NCBI GenBank assembly: GCA_024399215.1
Contig: JAKSHT010000001.1
Span: 16,752-80,751, forward strand
Direction: 5' to 3'
Length of the DNA: 64,000 nucleotides
Source: an archaeon
GTDB lineage: Archaea > Thermoplasmatota > Thermoplasmata > Methanomassiliicoccales > Methanomethylophilaceae
Every line of letters starts with the position of its first letter. Within the stretch, counting starts at the first letter, position 1. Below are positions 50,596-61,406 of the stretch, piece after piece. Made by a program: the position numbers and the translations under genes. The notes under the pieces are model-generated. The model was given only the letters and a program-made list of their open reading frames with translations. It did no database searches and was not told the origin of the DNA.

Positions 50596-51915
50596 ATGAA
50601 TAAAGAAGATTTTACACCCTATCTAAAACAAATAAAAGCAGCATCCAAAGAAAAAGTCAGCGATGAAAAACTGATAGAAGAATTAAAAAATCACATAGCA
50701 ACATATGATATGGGGATAGACGCAGCCGTAAGATTTGTCATAAGGAAACACAGTAGCACTACATCCAGCGATTTTTCTACGGTAGGCCAGAAGAAAAAGA
50801 TATCAGATCTTACATGTTCAGAAAGCAGTGTAAGCATTACAGGAAAAGTAACGGCAGTGAAAACAAAAAATATAACCGTCCAGGGATCTCCCAAGGAAAT
50901 AACCGAAGGCTCTATTGCAGATGAAACCGGGAGTGTAGGATTCACAATATGGAATGGAATATCCAATATTGAAGTTGGAGCGGTTTACGAGTTTAGGAAT
51001 TGCTACACTAAAAAATTTAGGAACAAACCTCAAATTAGTGTAGGTAAGAACGGATCATTCGCAAAAATGAAAGATATAGAAATCAACGTGCCCTCAAATT
51101 TATACTCCATACAAGAAGTTAAAATCGGAAATATTAAAGAAGACTTTGACAGCGTGACGGTTACTGGTAACATTTGTTCCATTGAAGAAAGAGTAGTCTC
51201 AACAAAAGGTAAAGAAAAAACCGTTTTCTCCGGTGTTATTGCGGATGACACTGGAACCATCCAGTATTCAGCATGGAAGGACTTTAACCTTAAAAAAGGT
51301 GAAACAATTCGTGTCAAAAATGCATATGTCCGCTCTTGGAGAGGTATTCTGCAGCTCAGCTTCGGAGATGACTGCGAAATCAGTAAAGAGAGCGCTCAGT
51401 TTCCCAATTTTAAATTTACAGAAGCCGAGGAAAAGACTATTGCAGAAGCCATAAGAACTGGAGGTACAAACGTTACCATAAAAGGTACGATTGTTCACAT
51501 CAAACCTGGAAGCGGACTAATTCAAAGATGCCCAGTTTGTCGACGTGCAGTACGTGAAAACAAATGTGGCGTTCATGGTTCTGTTATGCCAGGCCCAGAT
51601 GACTATGATTTAAGACTAAAACTTGTTATTGATGACGGAACCGGTACAATAAATGCTAATATTAACCGTAATAGTACCGAAATGATCACAGGAATAACGT
51701 TAGATACAGTCAAAAATCAAATGAATAATACACTTGAAAGCGAAATCGTTAAAAAAATGTCTCTTAAAATCTTCTGCAAAAAAGTCAAGATTGTAGGTTC
51801 AATCATAAATGATGACTATGGCTCAACGATAATTGTCAAAGATATTGCATTTGAAAGCAGTAACATAAACAATGATGCAAAACACCTTCTCAAGATCGTG
51901 GAGGACTATCAATGA
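50596..51915 (+). CDS. rpa: replication protein A large subunit (tandem OB folds + Zn finger)
   Basis: Repeated ADETG / ADDTG / DDGTG OB-fold motifs; CPVC...C..H Zn finger. Confidence 0.88.
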   Translation: MNKEDFTPYLKQIKAASKEKVSDEKLIEELKNHIATYDMGIDAAVRFVIRKHSSTTSSDFSTVGQKKKISDLTCSESSVSITGKVTAVKTKNITVQGSPKEITEGSIADETGSVGFTIWNGISNIEVGAVYEFRNCYTKKFRNKPQISVGKNGSFAKMKDIEINVPSNLYSIQEVKIGNIKEDFDSVTVTGNICSIEERVVSTKGKEKTVFSGVIADDTGTIQYSAWKDFNLKKGETIRVKNAYVRSWRGILQLSFGDDCEISKESAQFPNFKFTEAEEKTIAEAIRTGGTNVTIKGTIVHIKPGSGLIQRCPVCRRAVRENKCGVHGSVMPGPDDYDLRLKLVIDDGTGTINANINRNSTEMITGITLDTVKNQMNNTLESEIVKKMSLKIFCKKVKIVGSIINDDYGSTIIVKDIAFESSNINNDAKHLLKIVEDYQ

Positions 51916-52853
51916 GCATTAGAGAACAGGCTTGGCGTATTTTTTCCAGAGAGCTCAACGCATCATCACTCTATCAAGAAGGAAACATCGATCTGAAAAC
52001 CCCATCATATATAATCACACCCTTCGGATCAATGGTCAACCGAGTTCTTATTTCCGGAAAATTAACTATGAAAGAAAACAGTGGATCAGAAGTCAGACCA
52101 GTATGGAAGTTAAAAGTTCTCGATCCACTTGGAAATTTCTTTCTAACAATAAACGAAGAATATCAATCTGAAGCTGGAGGGGATCTTTTTGATGTTCAAA
52201 CTGGCGATTACGTGACGGTCATTGGAAAAGTCAAAATGAACAAATTCGAAGACGGGGGAACGTTTATAAATGTCCGTCCTGAACGAATCGTCAAGACCAC
52301 CGAGGAAGAATATAAAGAATGGATGCTAGACGCAGCAAAATCTATGTGGTTCCGGTCTATTAAAATGGACAATCTTGCCAGATCATCCATTGTTGATTAC
52401 GAAGGCAATTTCGATAAAAACCCGCTTACAGATCTGAAGGATCGCGGTCATAAGGAATCTGAATCAAAAGGCATCATCATGGCACTTCAGCATTATGGAG
52501 TAACTCCCTCCGATTCGTGTATGAAATCTATACAAAAAGTTCTCAGAATCCTTCTTCCAAACGAAAAAATCGATCTTGGCGTTCCTATGGATATCAATGA
52601 TGATACAAACGAAACATCCGAAATCTCAGAAAAAAATGAACGCCACAACAACGACGCAAATATAGAAGACACAATCCTCGAAATAATTACAGAAGTTGGA
52701 GATGAGATTCGTGGGGCCTCAATTGAAAATATTATTAGAAGCGCAGAAACAAGAGGCATAAATGAAGATAAAGTTGAAGAAATCATTAACTCACTTTCAG
52801 ATAAAGGACTCATTTATGAGCCAAGTCTTGGATACATCAGAAGAATCGTGTAG
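51912..52853 (+). CDS. RPA-associated protein (Rpa2-like OB fold + C-terminal winged helix)
   Basis: REQAWRIFSREL, PSYIITP, C-terminal GLIYEP wHTH; ATGA overlap with rpa. Confidence 0.8.
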   Translation: MSIREQAWRIFSRELNASSLYQEGNIDLKTPSYIITPFGSMVNRVLISGKLTMKENSGSEVRPVWKLKVLDPLGNFFLTINEEYQSEAGGDLFDVQTGDYVTVIGKVKMNKFEDGGTFINVRPERIVKTTEEEYKEWMLDAAKSMWFRSIKMDNLARSSIVDYEGNFDKNPLTDLKDRGHKESESKGIIMALQHYGVTPSDSCMKSIQKVLRILLPNEKIDLGVPMDINDDTNETSEISEKNERHNNDANIEDTILEIITEVGDEIRGASIENIIRSAETRGINEDKVEEIINSLSDKGLIYEPSLGYIRRIV

Positions 52854-53168
52854 AGTCGCAGAATAAAAAATTAGTTCCCACTAATGCACGAAGATTCAAA
52901 CGTATTATGAACACTCTGCTTGCTAGCTATATCTTCACTACGTCATAATTCATACACATCATGCTCGCCACAATCCACAGCTAGACAAACTCCACAAATC
53001 ACGACTCAAGTAAATTCTCAAAATATTTCCCCAAATATGTCATTACCCCTCCGGCACAACAAGCACCACCTGCCACCAATCTAAGCAAGAGAAAGAAGAC
53101 ATATCATCTCCCGCAGGCTCCGCAAACAGACCAAACACGCCATAACACACAGAGTCAAATACCAACAG

Positions 53169-53243
53169 TGGTCCCATTGTGATTTGAACACAAGACCTTT
53201 CGGTTATCAGCCGAACGCTCAAGCCAAGCTAAGCTATGGGACC
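53169..53243 (-). tRNA. tRNA-Ile(GAT)
   Basis: GGTCCCA/TGGGACC acceptor stem, TTCGG-CTGATAA-CCGAA anticodon arm, TTCAAAT T loop; CCA not encoded. Confidence 0.93.
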
Positions 53244-53689
53244 AACCAAAGCGGGCTAAGTAACTTAATGTATGATAAATAAGTTTTGGTAAGACATATA
53301 TTCTATATTTTGTCAGTTCCTCTTTTGTTCCATTCATATTTTCATATGAACCATAACCACAAAAAATATTGAATTGTACAGATACAATTAACCAAATACC
53401 TTGACAAATGGGTTCGCAAATTTACAACGCCATCAATCTTAAAAATCACTCCTAACTGAAAGCAGTACCGATCTCTAATTATAACAAACGGATAGTAATA
53501 AATCAACTAAAAATATCAACAGCACCATCATTTCAGAACGAACATACAAGAGAACTCCCACAAGCGTTTATCCAGCAACCGAAAAGAAATGCAGTGTTAA
53601 ATATTCCAGCGATGCCACAAAGGCATGATTCGTATATATAAGTCTAAATTCTTAGTACATCGTATCTACAAATAGGATACGGCTAACAT

Positions 53690-55363
53690 ATGAAAACAGA
53701 TATAGAAATTGCATATGAAGCAAATGTACTGCCCATTGAAGAAGTTGCAGCAAAAATTGGAATCGATACAAAAGATCTTATACCGTACGGAAAGTCCATA
53801 GCAAAAGTTCCCCTATCAATATTAGAGAGACACAAAGATAAGCCAGATGGAAAACTTATTCTCGTCACGGCAATCACTGCAACACCGGCAGGTGAAGGAA
53901 AAACCGTAACATCAATTGGGCTTATCGAAGGCCTTGGCAGAATTGGAGAAAATGTTATTGGAGCTCTCCGGGAGCCTTCATTAGGGCCAACATTCGGCAT
54001 TAAAGGCGGAGCCACTGGCGGAGGATATGCGCAAATATATCCAATGTGGGATATTGATCTTCATTTTACGGGGGATATTCATGCCGTCAGTGCGGCTCAT
54101 AATTTACTCTCAGCTATACTAGAAAACCATATTGCAAAAGGAAATGAACTTGGTATAGATCCTACACAAATCACCCTGAAGAAAACGATAGATATGAATT
54201 GTCGAGAACTTAGAAATATTATTGTCGGGCTCGGCGGAAAAAAAACGGGGGGGATTCCTCATGAAAGTGGTTTTATCATCACATCTGCATCAGAAATTTC
54301 AGCAATTCTAGCGTTAGCATCAGATTTTAACGATCTCAGAAATAGACTAGAAAACATTATTGTTGCATATACCTATGACAACAAACCTGTTAAAGCAAAG
54401 CAATTGGGCTGTATTGGTGCTATGATGGTTATACTTAAGGATGCGGTTAACCCAAATCTTGTCCAGACCCTCGAAGGGCAACCTGTATTTGTTCATGGAT
54501 TTCCATTTGCCAACATAGCTCATGGGACAAATAGCATTATTTCGACGAGAATGGCTTTGAAACTTGGAGACTATGTAGTAACAGAAGCTGGTTTCGCTGC
54601 CGATCTTGGGGCAGAAAAATTCATGAATATTGTTTGTCGGCAGGCTGGCTACAATCCAGACTGTGTAGTTCTTGTTACATCAATTCGTGCGCTCATGATG
54701 CATGGCGGAGCAAATCTCGAAAATGAAAACACCATGAATGTTCACACTCTCACTAGCGGATTTAGTAATCTCGACAAACACATAGACGGCCTCCGCCAAT
54801 ACGGTGTTCCGATCATAGTCGCAATTAACCGCTTCTCCTCAGATAAAGAAGAGCACATCATCTGTATAAAGAACCACTGCAAAATGATGAATGTAAACTA
54901 TGCATTCGCTGATGTATTTATGAATGGAGGTGCAGGGGGAGAAGCCCTTGCAAAAGAAGTTATTAGAACAATCAAAGAAAAAAAAGCGGCATATAAACCA
55001 CTCTACGATGTTAACCTTCCACTCAAAGAAAAAATCAATACAATCGCAACAAAAGTCTACGGTGCTGACGGCGTAGAATATTCCTCAAAAGCAATTAATA
55101 CACTTGAAAAATTAGAAAAACTTGGATATGGAGGTCTTCCAGTGTGTATTGCCAAAACTCAAGCATCAATCTCTGACAACCCTGAAAAAAAAGGCGCTCC
55201 TACGGGTTGGACTCTCAGAGTCAGAGAAGTTAATATTTCAAATGGGGCAGGATTCATAGTCCCTGTCTGCGGAGAAATGTCCCTCATGCCAGGTCTTAGT
55301 AAAACTCCAGCTGCAATTAACATAAACATTGACAAAAATGGACATATTACAGGATTAAAGTAA
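53690..55363 (+). CDS. fhs: formate--tetrahydrofolate ligase
   Basis: TPAGEGKT, GIKGGATGGG, LHFTGD, FANIAHG, TEAGF, MPGL. Confidence 0.96.
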   Translation: MKTDIEIAYEANVLPIEEVAAKIGIDTKDLIPYGKSIAKVPLSILERHKDKPDGKLILVTAITATPAGEGKTVTSIGLIEGLGRIGENVIGALREPSLGPTFGIKGGATGGGYAQIYPMWDIDLHFTGDIHAVSAAHNLLSAILENHIAKGNELGIDPTQITLKKTIDMNCRELRNIIVGLGGKKTGGIPHESGFIITSASEISAILALASDFNDLRNRLENIIVAYTYDNKPVKAKQLGCIGAMMVILKDAVNPNLVQTLEGQPVFVHGFPFANIAHGTNSIISTRMALKLGDYVVTEAGFAADLGAEKFMNIVCRQAGYNPDCVVLVTSIRALMMHGGANLENENTMNVHTLTSGFSNLDKHIDGLRQYGVPIIVAINRFSSDKEEHIICIKNHCKMMNVNYAFADVFMNGGAGGEALAKEVIRTIKEKKAAYKPLYDVNLPLKEKINTIATKVYGADGVEYSSKAINTLEKLEKLGYGGLPVCIAKTQASISDNPEKKGAPTGWTLRVREVNISNGAGFIVPVCGEMSLMPGLSKTPAAININIDKNGHITGLK

Positions 55364-55401
55364 ACAGTCTTAAATTCAACGACCTTTGGACTAAATACGA
55401 A

Positions 55402-55449
55402 ACATGCTGACTGTCATCCGTTACACATGACAAAAGACAGTCATCATGT
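55402..55449. repeat. inverted repeat / long hairpin between convergent fhs and rfcS
   Basis: ACATG-C-TGACTGTC ... GACAGTCA-T-CATGT. Confidence 0.55.
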
Positions 55450-55726
55450 CACCTCAAAGGGTGCAATTTACATAATGACTTCAATCCTTAAATCGAATAC
55501 AACACCTAGCGTACAAACACCCTAGTATACACAAGGTAACACAAAATGAGTAAAATCTTTAAGGTCAGAGAGAAACACAACCATTAGTATTACAAATAGG
55601 CTGCACCACATTCAGTCATACAAATAAGGCATGTCTGCTAACTCACGATTATCGTATATTCAGCACTCTCTTCCAAGTTTCAGTACTAAATAAAAGCAAC
55701 ATAGAAGATATACAAAAGGCACATGA

Positions 55727-56704
55727 TTAAAAAGTACCACTACCACTCTTCATGCCCTTACCCTCTGCCACAAAAAACGCCAGTAGCGATTCTAATTGTA
55801 TTTTCTCATTGCTGCCCTCAACAATTCTAAATTCAATTTCCCCAGTTTTATCCATAAATTTCACTTTGTCCCGGATATCTATACTTAATTCAAAAAATGA
55901 TGTGTGAATCTGTTTAATGATATCCAACCCTGACAATCCGAATTCAATCATTATTTCATTTAGTTTATCTCTAGCTCCAATAAAGTCTCCAGACAACGCA
56001 ATTTCAAGCATTTTCCTTATTTCATCAGGATTAGCCATCCCCGATGTTTGATAAACAGTATCAACATCTACACCGCCGTTTAACGAAGCTGCAACCTGCA
56101 ACGAATTAACCGCACGTCTCATATCTCCCTTTGCTATGTAAATTAGTGCTTCAAGTGCATCATCGTCAATACTAGTCTCTTCACTTTTTGCAATATTTTT
56201 AAGAAAAACTCTAATGTCATCATCTAACAATGGTTTAAATCTGAATATCGCGCATCTTGACTGAATTGGATCAATAATTTTTGAAGAATAATTGCATGAA
56301 AATATAAAACGACAGATTTTTGAGAATTTTTCCATTGTTCTTCTCAGAGCTGCTTGTGCATCAGATGTAAGAGAATCAGCCTCGTCCATGAATATGATTT
56401 TAAATTCAGCGTTCCCCAACGGCGCCACTTTCGCAAATTCCTTAATTTTCCCTCTGACGACGTCTATTCCTCGCTCATCTGAAGCATTAAGCTCAATAAA
56501 GTTTCCTTTCCAGTCATCCCCAAACATTTCTCTCGCTATTGCAAGAGAACATGTCGTCTTTCCAGTACCGGGCGAGCCTGCCAAAAGGAGATGTGGCATA
56601 TTCCTTGCTGAAACATATGTCTTTAACCTTTCAGTTATATGTCTTTGGCCCACCACCTCGTCCAAACTTTTAGGTCTGTACTTCTCTGTCCATATCTCCC
56701 TCAT
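55727..56704 (-). CDS. rfcS: replication factor C small subunit
   Basis: WTEKYRP, GSPGTGKT, ELNASDERG, DEAD, SRC; no intein. Confidence 0.96.
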   Translation of the reverse strand: MREIWTEKYRPKSLDEVVGQRHITERLKTYVSARNMPHLLLAGSPGTGKTTCSLAIAREMFGDDWKGNFIELNASDERGIDVVRGKIKEFAKVAPLGNAEFKIIFMDEADSLTSDAQAALRRTMEKFSKICRFIFSCNYSSKIIDPIQSRCAIFRFKPLLDDDIRVFLKNIAKSEETSIDDDALEALIYIAKGDMRRAVNSLQVAASLNGGVDVDTVYQTSGMANPDEIRKMLEIALSGDFIGARDKLNEIMIEFGLSGLDIIKQIHTSFFELSIDIRDKVKFMDKTGEIEFRIVEGSNEKIQLESLLAFFVAEGKGMKSGSGTF

Positions 56705-56798
56705 GTAAACCAAACTGGCCATATATCTAGAACGAAATAAACAATACGGTTAGCACAAGAAGGTCACCCTTATAAGTAAAGTCCAATATTGTAGCATC

Positions 56799-57254
56799 AT
56801 GGAGGTAACAGTAGCAACTCTGACAATGATCATTGTTGGAACGTTGTTGATTGTTGGCGAGGCATTAATCCCTGGGGCATTCTTAATAATACCGGGGACA
56901 ACACTCATGGTAATAGGAATAATTGGTTGTGTTGTTCCCGATTTTCTATACAGTATCAATTCTCCAATATTGGGTGCAGTTGTAGCTATTCTTGCAACTT
57001 TAATCACTACCAAAGCATACCAGCTGTTAGCGACACCATCACCACCCACGACAACTGTAGCGAGTTCCCTAATTGGAAAGAATGGCACCATTATAGCAAG
57101 GACGACTTCTAACAATCTTAAAGGCAAAGTTAGAATCGGTTCTGAAATATGGAGTGCCAATTCAGACGAATCCTTAGAAATAGGAACAGAAGCTGTCGTC
57201 ATTGATGCCAAAGGTGTTCACGTCAAAGTAAAAAAGAAGGAGGGTAACAAATAA
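56799..57254 (+). CDS. NfeD-like membrane protein
   Basis: Three TM segments plus C-terminal OB fold (GKVRIGSEIWSA); paired with the SPFH gene. Confidence 0.88.
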   Translation: MEVTVATLTMIIVGTLLIVGEALIPGAFLIIPGTTLMVIGIIGCVVPDFLYSINSPILGAVVAILATLITTKAYQLLATPSPPTTTVASSLIGKNGTIIARTTSNNLKGKVRIGSEIWSANSDESLEIGTEAVVIDAKGVHVKVKKKEGNK

Positions 57255-58339
57255 TGGATACAGTAACCATAGCATTATTACTTGCCGCCATGGCTGTTGC
57301 GGCGATTCTGAGCGGAGTTAAGATTGTTCAGCCTTATGAACAAGCTGTTTATATGAGACTAGGAAAATACATCAGAGTTCTTAATCAAGGCCTCAATTTT
57401 GTATGTCCGTTAATTAACCAAGTAGTTAAGCTAGATCTTCGAACACAGGTATTAGATGTTCCAAGACAAGAAGTCATCACAAAAGACAATTCTCCAGTCA
57501 ATGTCGATGCAATCATATACATCAAAATCACAGATCCAAAAAATGCATTTTTTGAGGTTACAGATTATCGTAGGGCCACTGTATATCTGGCGCAGACCTC
57601 TCTCAGGTCAATCATTGGAGAAATGGAGCTAGACGAGATTCTTTCTAGTAGAGAAAAAATTAATCTTCAACTTAGGGACGTCCTTGATGAATCGACAGAC
57701 AAATGGGGTGTTAAAATTGACGCTGTCGAGATTAGAGAAGTTGATCCTGCCACAAAGGTTAAGGAATCCATGGAAGAACAGACCTCCGCCGAGAGACGAC
57801 GTCGTGCAGCAATTCTAAGCGCTGATGGAGAAAAAAGGGCAGCAATTCTAAGCGCAGAAGGACACAGGCAATCAATGATATTAGAAGCGGAAGGTCAAAG
57901 ACAGTCAATGATCCTCAAAGCGGAAGGTAAAAGATTGGCAACTATCCTTGAGAGTCAAGGTGAAGCACAAAAACTCCGCATAATGTCTGTTGGAGCGTCC
58001 GTTATGGACTCAAAGGCGTTGTCCATACTTTCAATGGAAACTCTTAAAAAGGTTAGCGACGGGCAATCATCAAAGGTATATTTCCCATTGGAACTGACTA
58101 AGCTCGTTGATGGTATCTCTCAGTATATGGGTGCAAGTACCAACGTTCCCGAGAGAGAGATATCTAATGTGTCAGACATTGAAAAGGCAGTTGGCAAAGC
58201 TGACGATATTTTAGGCTCAATACCTACAATAGAAGACATTAAAAAACAGATCGAAGAACCAAACCAAATTATCAGAGAGGAGGAAAGAGAATCAAAGGGA
58301 TATCAAGACGAAATTTCGATTCCCAATATAGTAAAATAA
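57254..58339 (+). CDS. SPFH / stomatin-like (band 7) protein
   Basis: QEVITKDN, AQTSLRS, KWGVK, AILSAEG coiled-coil repeats. Confidence 0.93.
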   Translation: MDTVTIALLLAAMAVAAILSGVKIVQPYEQAVYMRLGKYIRVLNQGLNFVCPLINQVVKLDLRTQVLDVPRQEVITKDNSPVNVDAIIYIKITDPKNAFFEVTDYRRATVYLAQTSLRSIIGEMELDEILSSREKINLQLRDVLDESTDKWGVKIDAVEIREVDPATKVKESMEEQTSAERRRRAAILSADGEKRAAILSAEGHRQSMILEAEGQRQSMILKAEGKRLATILESQGEAQKLRIMSVGASVMDSKALSILSMETLKKVSDGQSSKVYFPLELTKLVDGISQYMGASTNVPEREISNVSDIEKAVGKADDILGSIPTIEDIKKQIEEPNQIIREEERESKGYQDEISIPNIVK

Positions 58340-58346
58340 AACATAT

Positions 58347-58372
58347 TCCGCCACTTGGCGGATTTTTCTTTC
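58347..58372 (+). terminator. GC hairpin plus T-tract terminator
   Basis: TCCGCCA-CT-TGGCGGA followed by TTTTTCTTT, 8 nt after the SPFH stop. Confidence 0.65.
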
Positions 58373-58727
58373 AAGAGGGGCTGAGGACTTCATCCATGAC
58401 ACGTTTTACATGTACCTCCCAATTTCTCACTGACTATCATCCAACAGTTTAAACATCAAGTCATTTTATCATACGAAAAGAAAGTTCCGTCTCAACAGCG
58501 AATTTATCACTTATAAATTGCCTTTTAGTAGAATCATGCAGAACGCCTCTACCAAGTATCTATTTAATGATAAACATAGAATACTAGAACGCGCGAAATT
58601 TATAATACATGAAAAATTGTCTTCAGTAGTCAATTTATTCATTATGAAAATATGCAAAGCTACAAACATTATGGTTCAAAACATATTGCTACAAATTCAC
58701 AAAAGATGAAGTATAGGGGAATATAAA

Positions 58728-59702
58728 ATGAAATGTGACTTATGTTCGCACGATGCAGTGATTTTTGTTAGATACAATGGGGCACATCTCTGCGCGATAC
58801 ATTTCATGGAGTACGTTGAAAGACGTGTCAAAAAGGAAATACGAAAACAAATAAACCTTAAGCCTGGAGACAAAATCGGTGTCGCTGTTTCTGGAGGAAA
58901 AGATAGTATGACTACGCTCCACCTCCTATACAAAACATTTGAAAAGCGTAATGACATTGAAATTCATTGTATTACTGTTGATGAAGGAATCGAGAAATAC
59001 AGACTCTCAGGCATAAACGCTGCAGAAAAATATTGCAAGGACAAAAAAATTCCATTCCACCTAGTATCTTTTAAGGATATATTTGGATTAACGATGGATG
59101 AAGTTGCTTCCATTGCAAAAGAAAATTCTCCTTGCACATACTGTGGAGTGTTCAGAAGAAAATGCATGAATCTTGTTGCTAAAAAAATAAACGCAAATTA
59201 TATTGCAACTGGTCATAACTTAGATGATATATCACAATCCATCTTAATGAATTTTGTAAGAGGAGATGTAGAAAGACTAACAAGATTAGGGCCTCACAAA
59301 AGAATCCAACCGGGACTTATACCAAGATTCATACCTTTACGTATGATTCCAGAGAGTGAGTCATTGCTATACGCAATGGTCTCTAAGATAGACTTCTGTA
59401 ACATGACATGTCCTTATAGAGAAAAAGCCATCAGAAATCAGTACCGCAGTATAATAAATGAATTAGATATGAGGTCCCCAGGTTCCAAATTCAGCATATT
59501 ATCATCGTATGACCAGATATGTCCAATACTCGTCAATAATCTTGAAAAAACGACACTAACCAAATGTAAATGTGGTGAACCGTCGTTATCCAAAAAGTGC
59601 AAAGCATGTGAACTGGCCGAAAAGGCCACGAAAAAGTTGAACAAAGGACAACCAGAAGAGATAACTAACTCAGATCTCTTTCCATTTGACACCATCGGCT
59701 GA
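58728..59702 (+). CDS. ttuA: tRNA 2-thiolation protein (TtuA/Ncs6, TIGR00269-like)
   Basis: N- and C-terminal Zn fingers, SGGKDS PP-loop, CTYCGVFRR, TGHNLDD, CPY. Confidence 0.88.
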   Translation: MKCDLCSHDAVIFVRYNGAHLCAIHFMEYVERRVKKEIRKQINLKPGDKIGVAVSGGKDSMTTLHLLYKTFEKRNDIEIHCITVDEGIEKYRLSGINAAEKYCKDKKIPFHLVSFKDIFGLTMDEVASIAKENSPCTYCGVFRRKCMNLVAKKINANYIATGHNLDDISQSILMNFVRGDVERLTRLGPHKRIQPGLIPRFIPLRMIPESESLLYAMVSKIDFCNMTCPYREKAIRNQYRSIINELDMRSPGSKFSILSSYDQICPILVNNLEKTTLTKCKCGEPSLSKKCKACELAEKATKKLNKGQPEEITNSDLFPFDTIG

Positions 59703-61085
59703 GTCTTCTAGCCGAATTCCAGCTGATACCAACTTATCCCTAATATCGTCCGCAAGATCATACATCTTTCGTGTTCTAAGCTCACTACGAACATCGATGA
59801 GAATTTCAACAAGGGCCCCTATAGTATCAGATCCATTCCTCGTCGGTGGTAAGACACCCAGCACGTCATTAAATTTGTTAAACATTTTTATAATATTTTT
59901 TGTCCCTTCTTTCGAAAGTGTCTTTTCAGAAATCATCCTATTAGTCACTCTTATAGCATTGAAAACAACCTTCAGCGCATCCGGCGTATTAAAGTCACTA
60001 TCCATCGCTTTTTCAAATTCTAACTCCAGTGAAGAAACAAGATCTGTTGCATCATTATTTCCGTTTGCATATCTAAAATAAGCCTGAAGTTCACGGTAGT
60101 TATTCCAAAGCCTTTTCAACGACGCAGCAGCTTCTCGGAATCCATCCTCATTGTAGATTAGTGGACTCATATAATGTGTACTCAGAAAGAACATCCGAAT
60201 AGTGTACTTATCATACTTTTTCGCAACATCTCTTACTCTAAAGAAATTTCCAAGCGATTTTGACATCTTTTCTTCTTTACTGGTACCTTCTTCCTTAACT
60301 TGTAACATACCATTATGCATCCAGTATCTGGCGAGTTGCTTCCCTGTAACTGCTTCCGTTTGAAGAATCTCATTCTCATGATGTGGAAATATGAGATCGT
60401 TGCCACCACCATGAATATCGATCTGATCGCCAAGATAATGTCTGATCATTGCTGAACATTCTATATGCCATCCTGGCCTTCCTTTACCCCAAGGAGAATC
60501 CCACGAAATTTCCCCTGGTTTAGCCGCCTTCCAAATTGCAAAATCTAAAGGATTCCTCTTCTGAGAATCAACGTCAACACGCCCAAATGAAATCATATCT
60601 CCGATTTTTTTATTAGTAAGGCATCCAAAACTTTTTGCCTTTTCAACGGAAAAATATACACTGCCGCCGTCTGTAACATATCCATAATCATTATCTATTA
60701 TTTCTCTAACCATCTTTATAATATCCTCTACACTTTCGCTGGCTTTTGGATATATATTAGCCCTTATAACTCCGAGATTTTCAATTTCTTCAAAATATTT
60801 TTCAATATATCTCCTTGAAAGCTCCAGAGGTTCAATATTCTCTTGTGTTGCTTTAATTATAATCTTATCATCCACATCCGTAAAATTTGTGACATAAGTG
60901 ACGTCATAACCCTTGTATCTAAGGTATCTAGCGACAACATCAAACGAAACAATGCTTCTCGCATGGCCCATATGTATATCGTCGTATACTGTGACCCCAC
61001 ACACATACATTTTGACTTTTCCTTTTTCAATTGGAATAAACTCTTCTCTTTTATTGGAAAGTGTATTGTATATTGTTAGTGGCAT
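59670..61085 (-). CDS. cysS: cysteinyl-tRNA synthetase (class I)
   Basis: CGVTVY, HMGH, GRPGWHIECSAM, KMSKS; start at Met16 of the listed ORF. Confidence 0.96.
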   Translation of the reverse strand: MPLTIYNTLSNKREEFIPIEKGKVKMYVCGVTVYDDIHMGHARSIVSFDVVARYLRYKGYDVTYVTNFTDVDDKIIIKATQENIEPLELSRRYIEKYFEEIENLGVIRANIYPKASESVEDIIKMVREIIDNDYGYVTDGGSVYFSVEKAKSFGCLTNKKIGDMISFGRVDVDSQKRNPLDFAIWKAAKPGEISWDSPWGKGRPGWHIECSAMIRHYLGDQIDIHGGGNDLIFPHHENEILQTEAVTGKQLARYWMHNGMLQVKEEGTSKEEKMSKSLGNFFRVRDVAKKYDKYTIRMFFLSTHYMSPLIYNEDGFREAAASLKRLWNNYRELQAYFRYANGNNDATDLVSSLELEFEKAMDSDFNTPDALKVVFNAIRVTNRMISEKTLSKEGTKNIIKMFNKFNDVLGVLPPTRNGSDTIGALVEILIDVRSELRTRKMYDLADDIRDKLVSAGIRLEDSADGVKWKEI

Positions 61086-61406
61086 ATCTCGTCTTATAGC
61101 TATGGTGATATAAAATGGGGATTGGGACACATTGACTTATTCCCCTAAAAAGTAACCACGCTCATCTCTATCAGTAATAACCCAGACCAAAACTATTCCA
61201 CGTAATCCTATTCGCCAAAAGTCCTAGAACTTCTGTTCTATAAATCATTCTTTTCAGAAGCTGAAATGCATTCAACAATACATCTAGAAAACCCAATACA
61301 ACCCCGTCCCACTCACTTCTCGGAATAACAGAGAAGTTTTCCTTACTAAAATACCGTAACGTGAACCTTATCAGTGGTAACAAGAAAATAAAACGTTTTA
61401 TGGGAA

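Noticed and set aside
57800-57940. 33-nt periodic repeats (GCAGCAATTCTAAGCGC twice, TCAATGAT twice)
   Set aside because: They encode the 11-residue coiled-coil repeats typical of stomatin/QmcA proteins.
58518-58709. 63-aa ORF upstream of ttuA
   Set aside because: TTG start, AT-rich promoter-like region, no motif.
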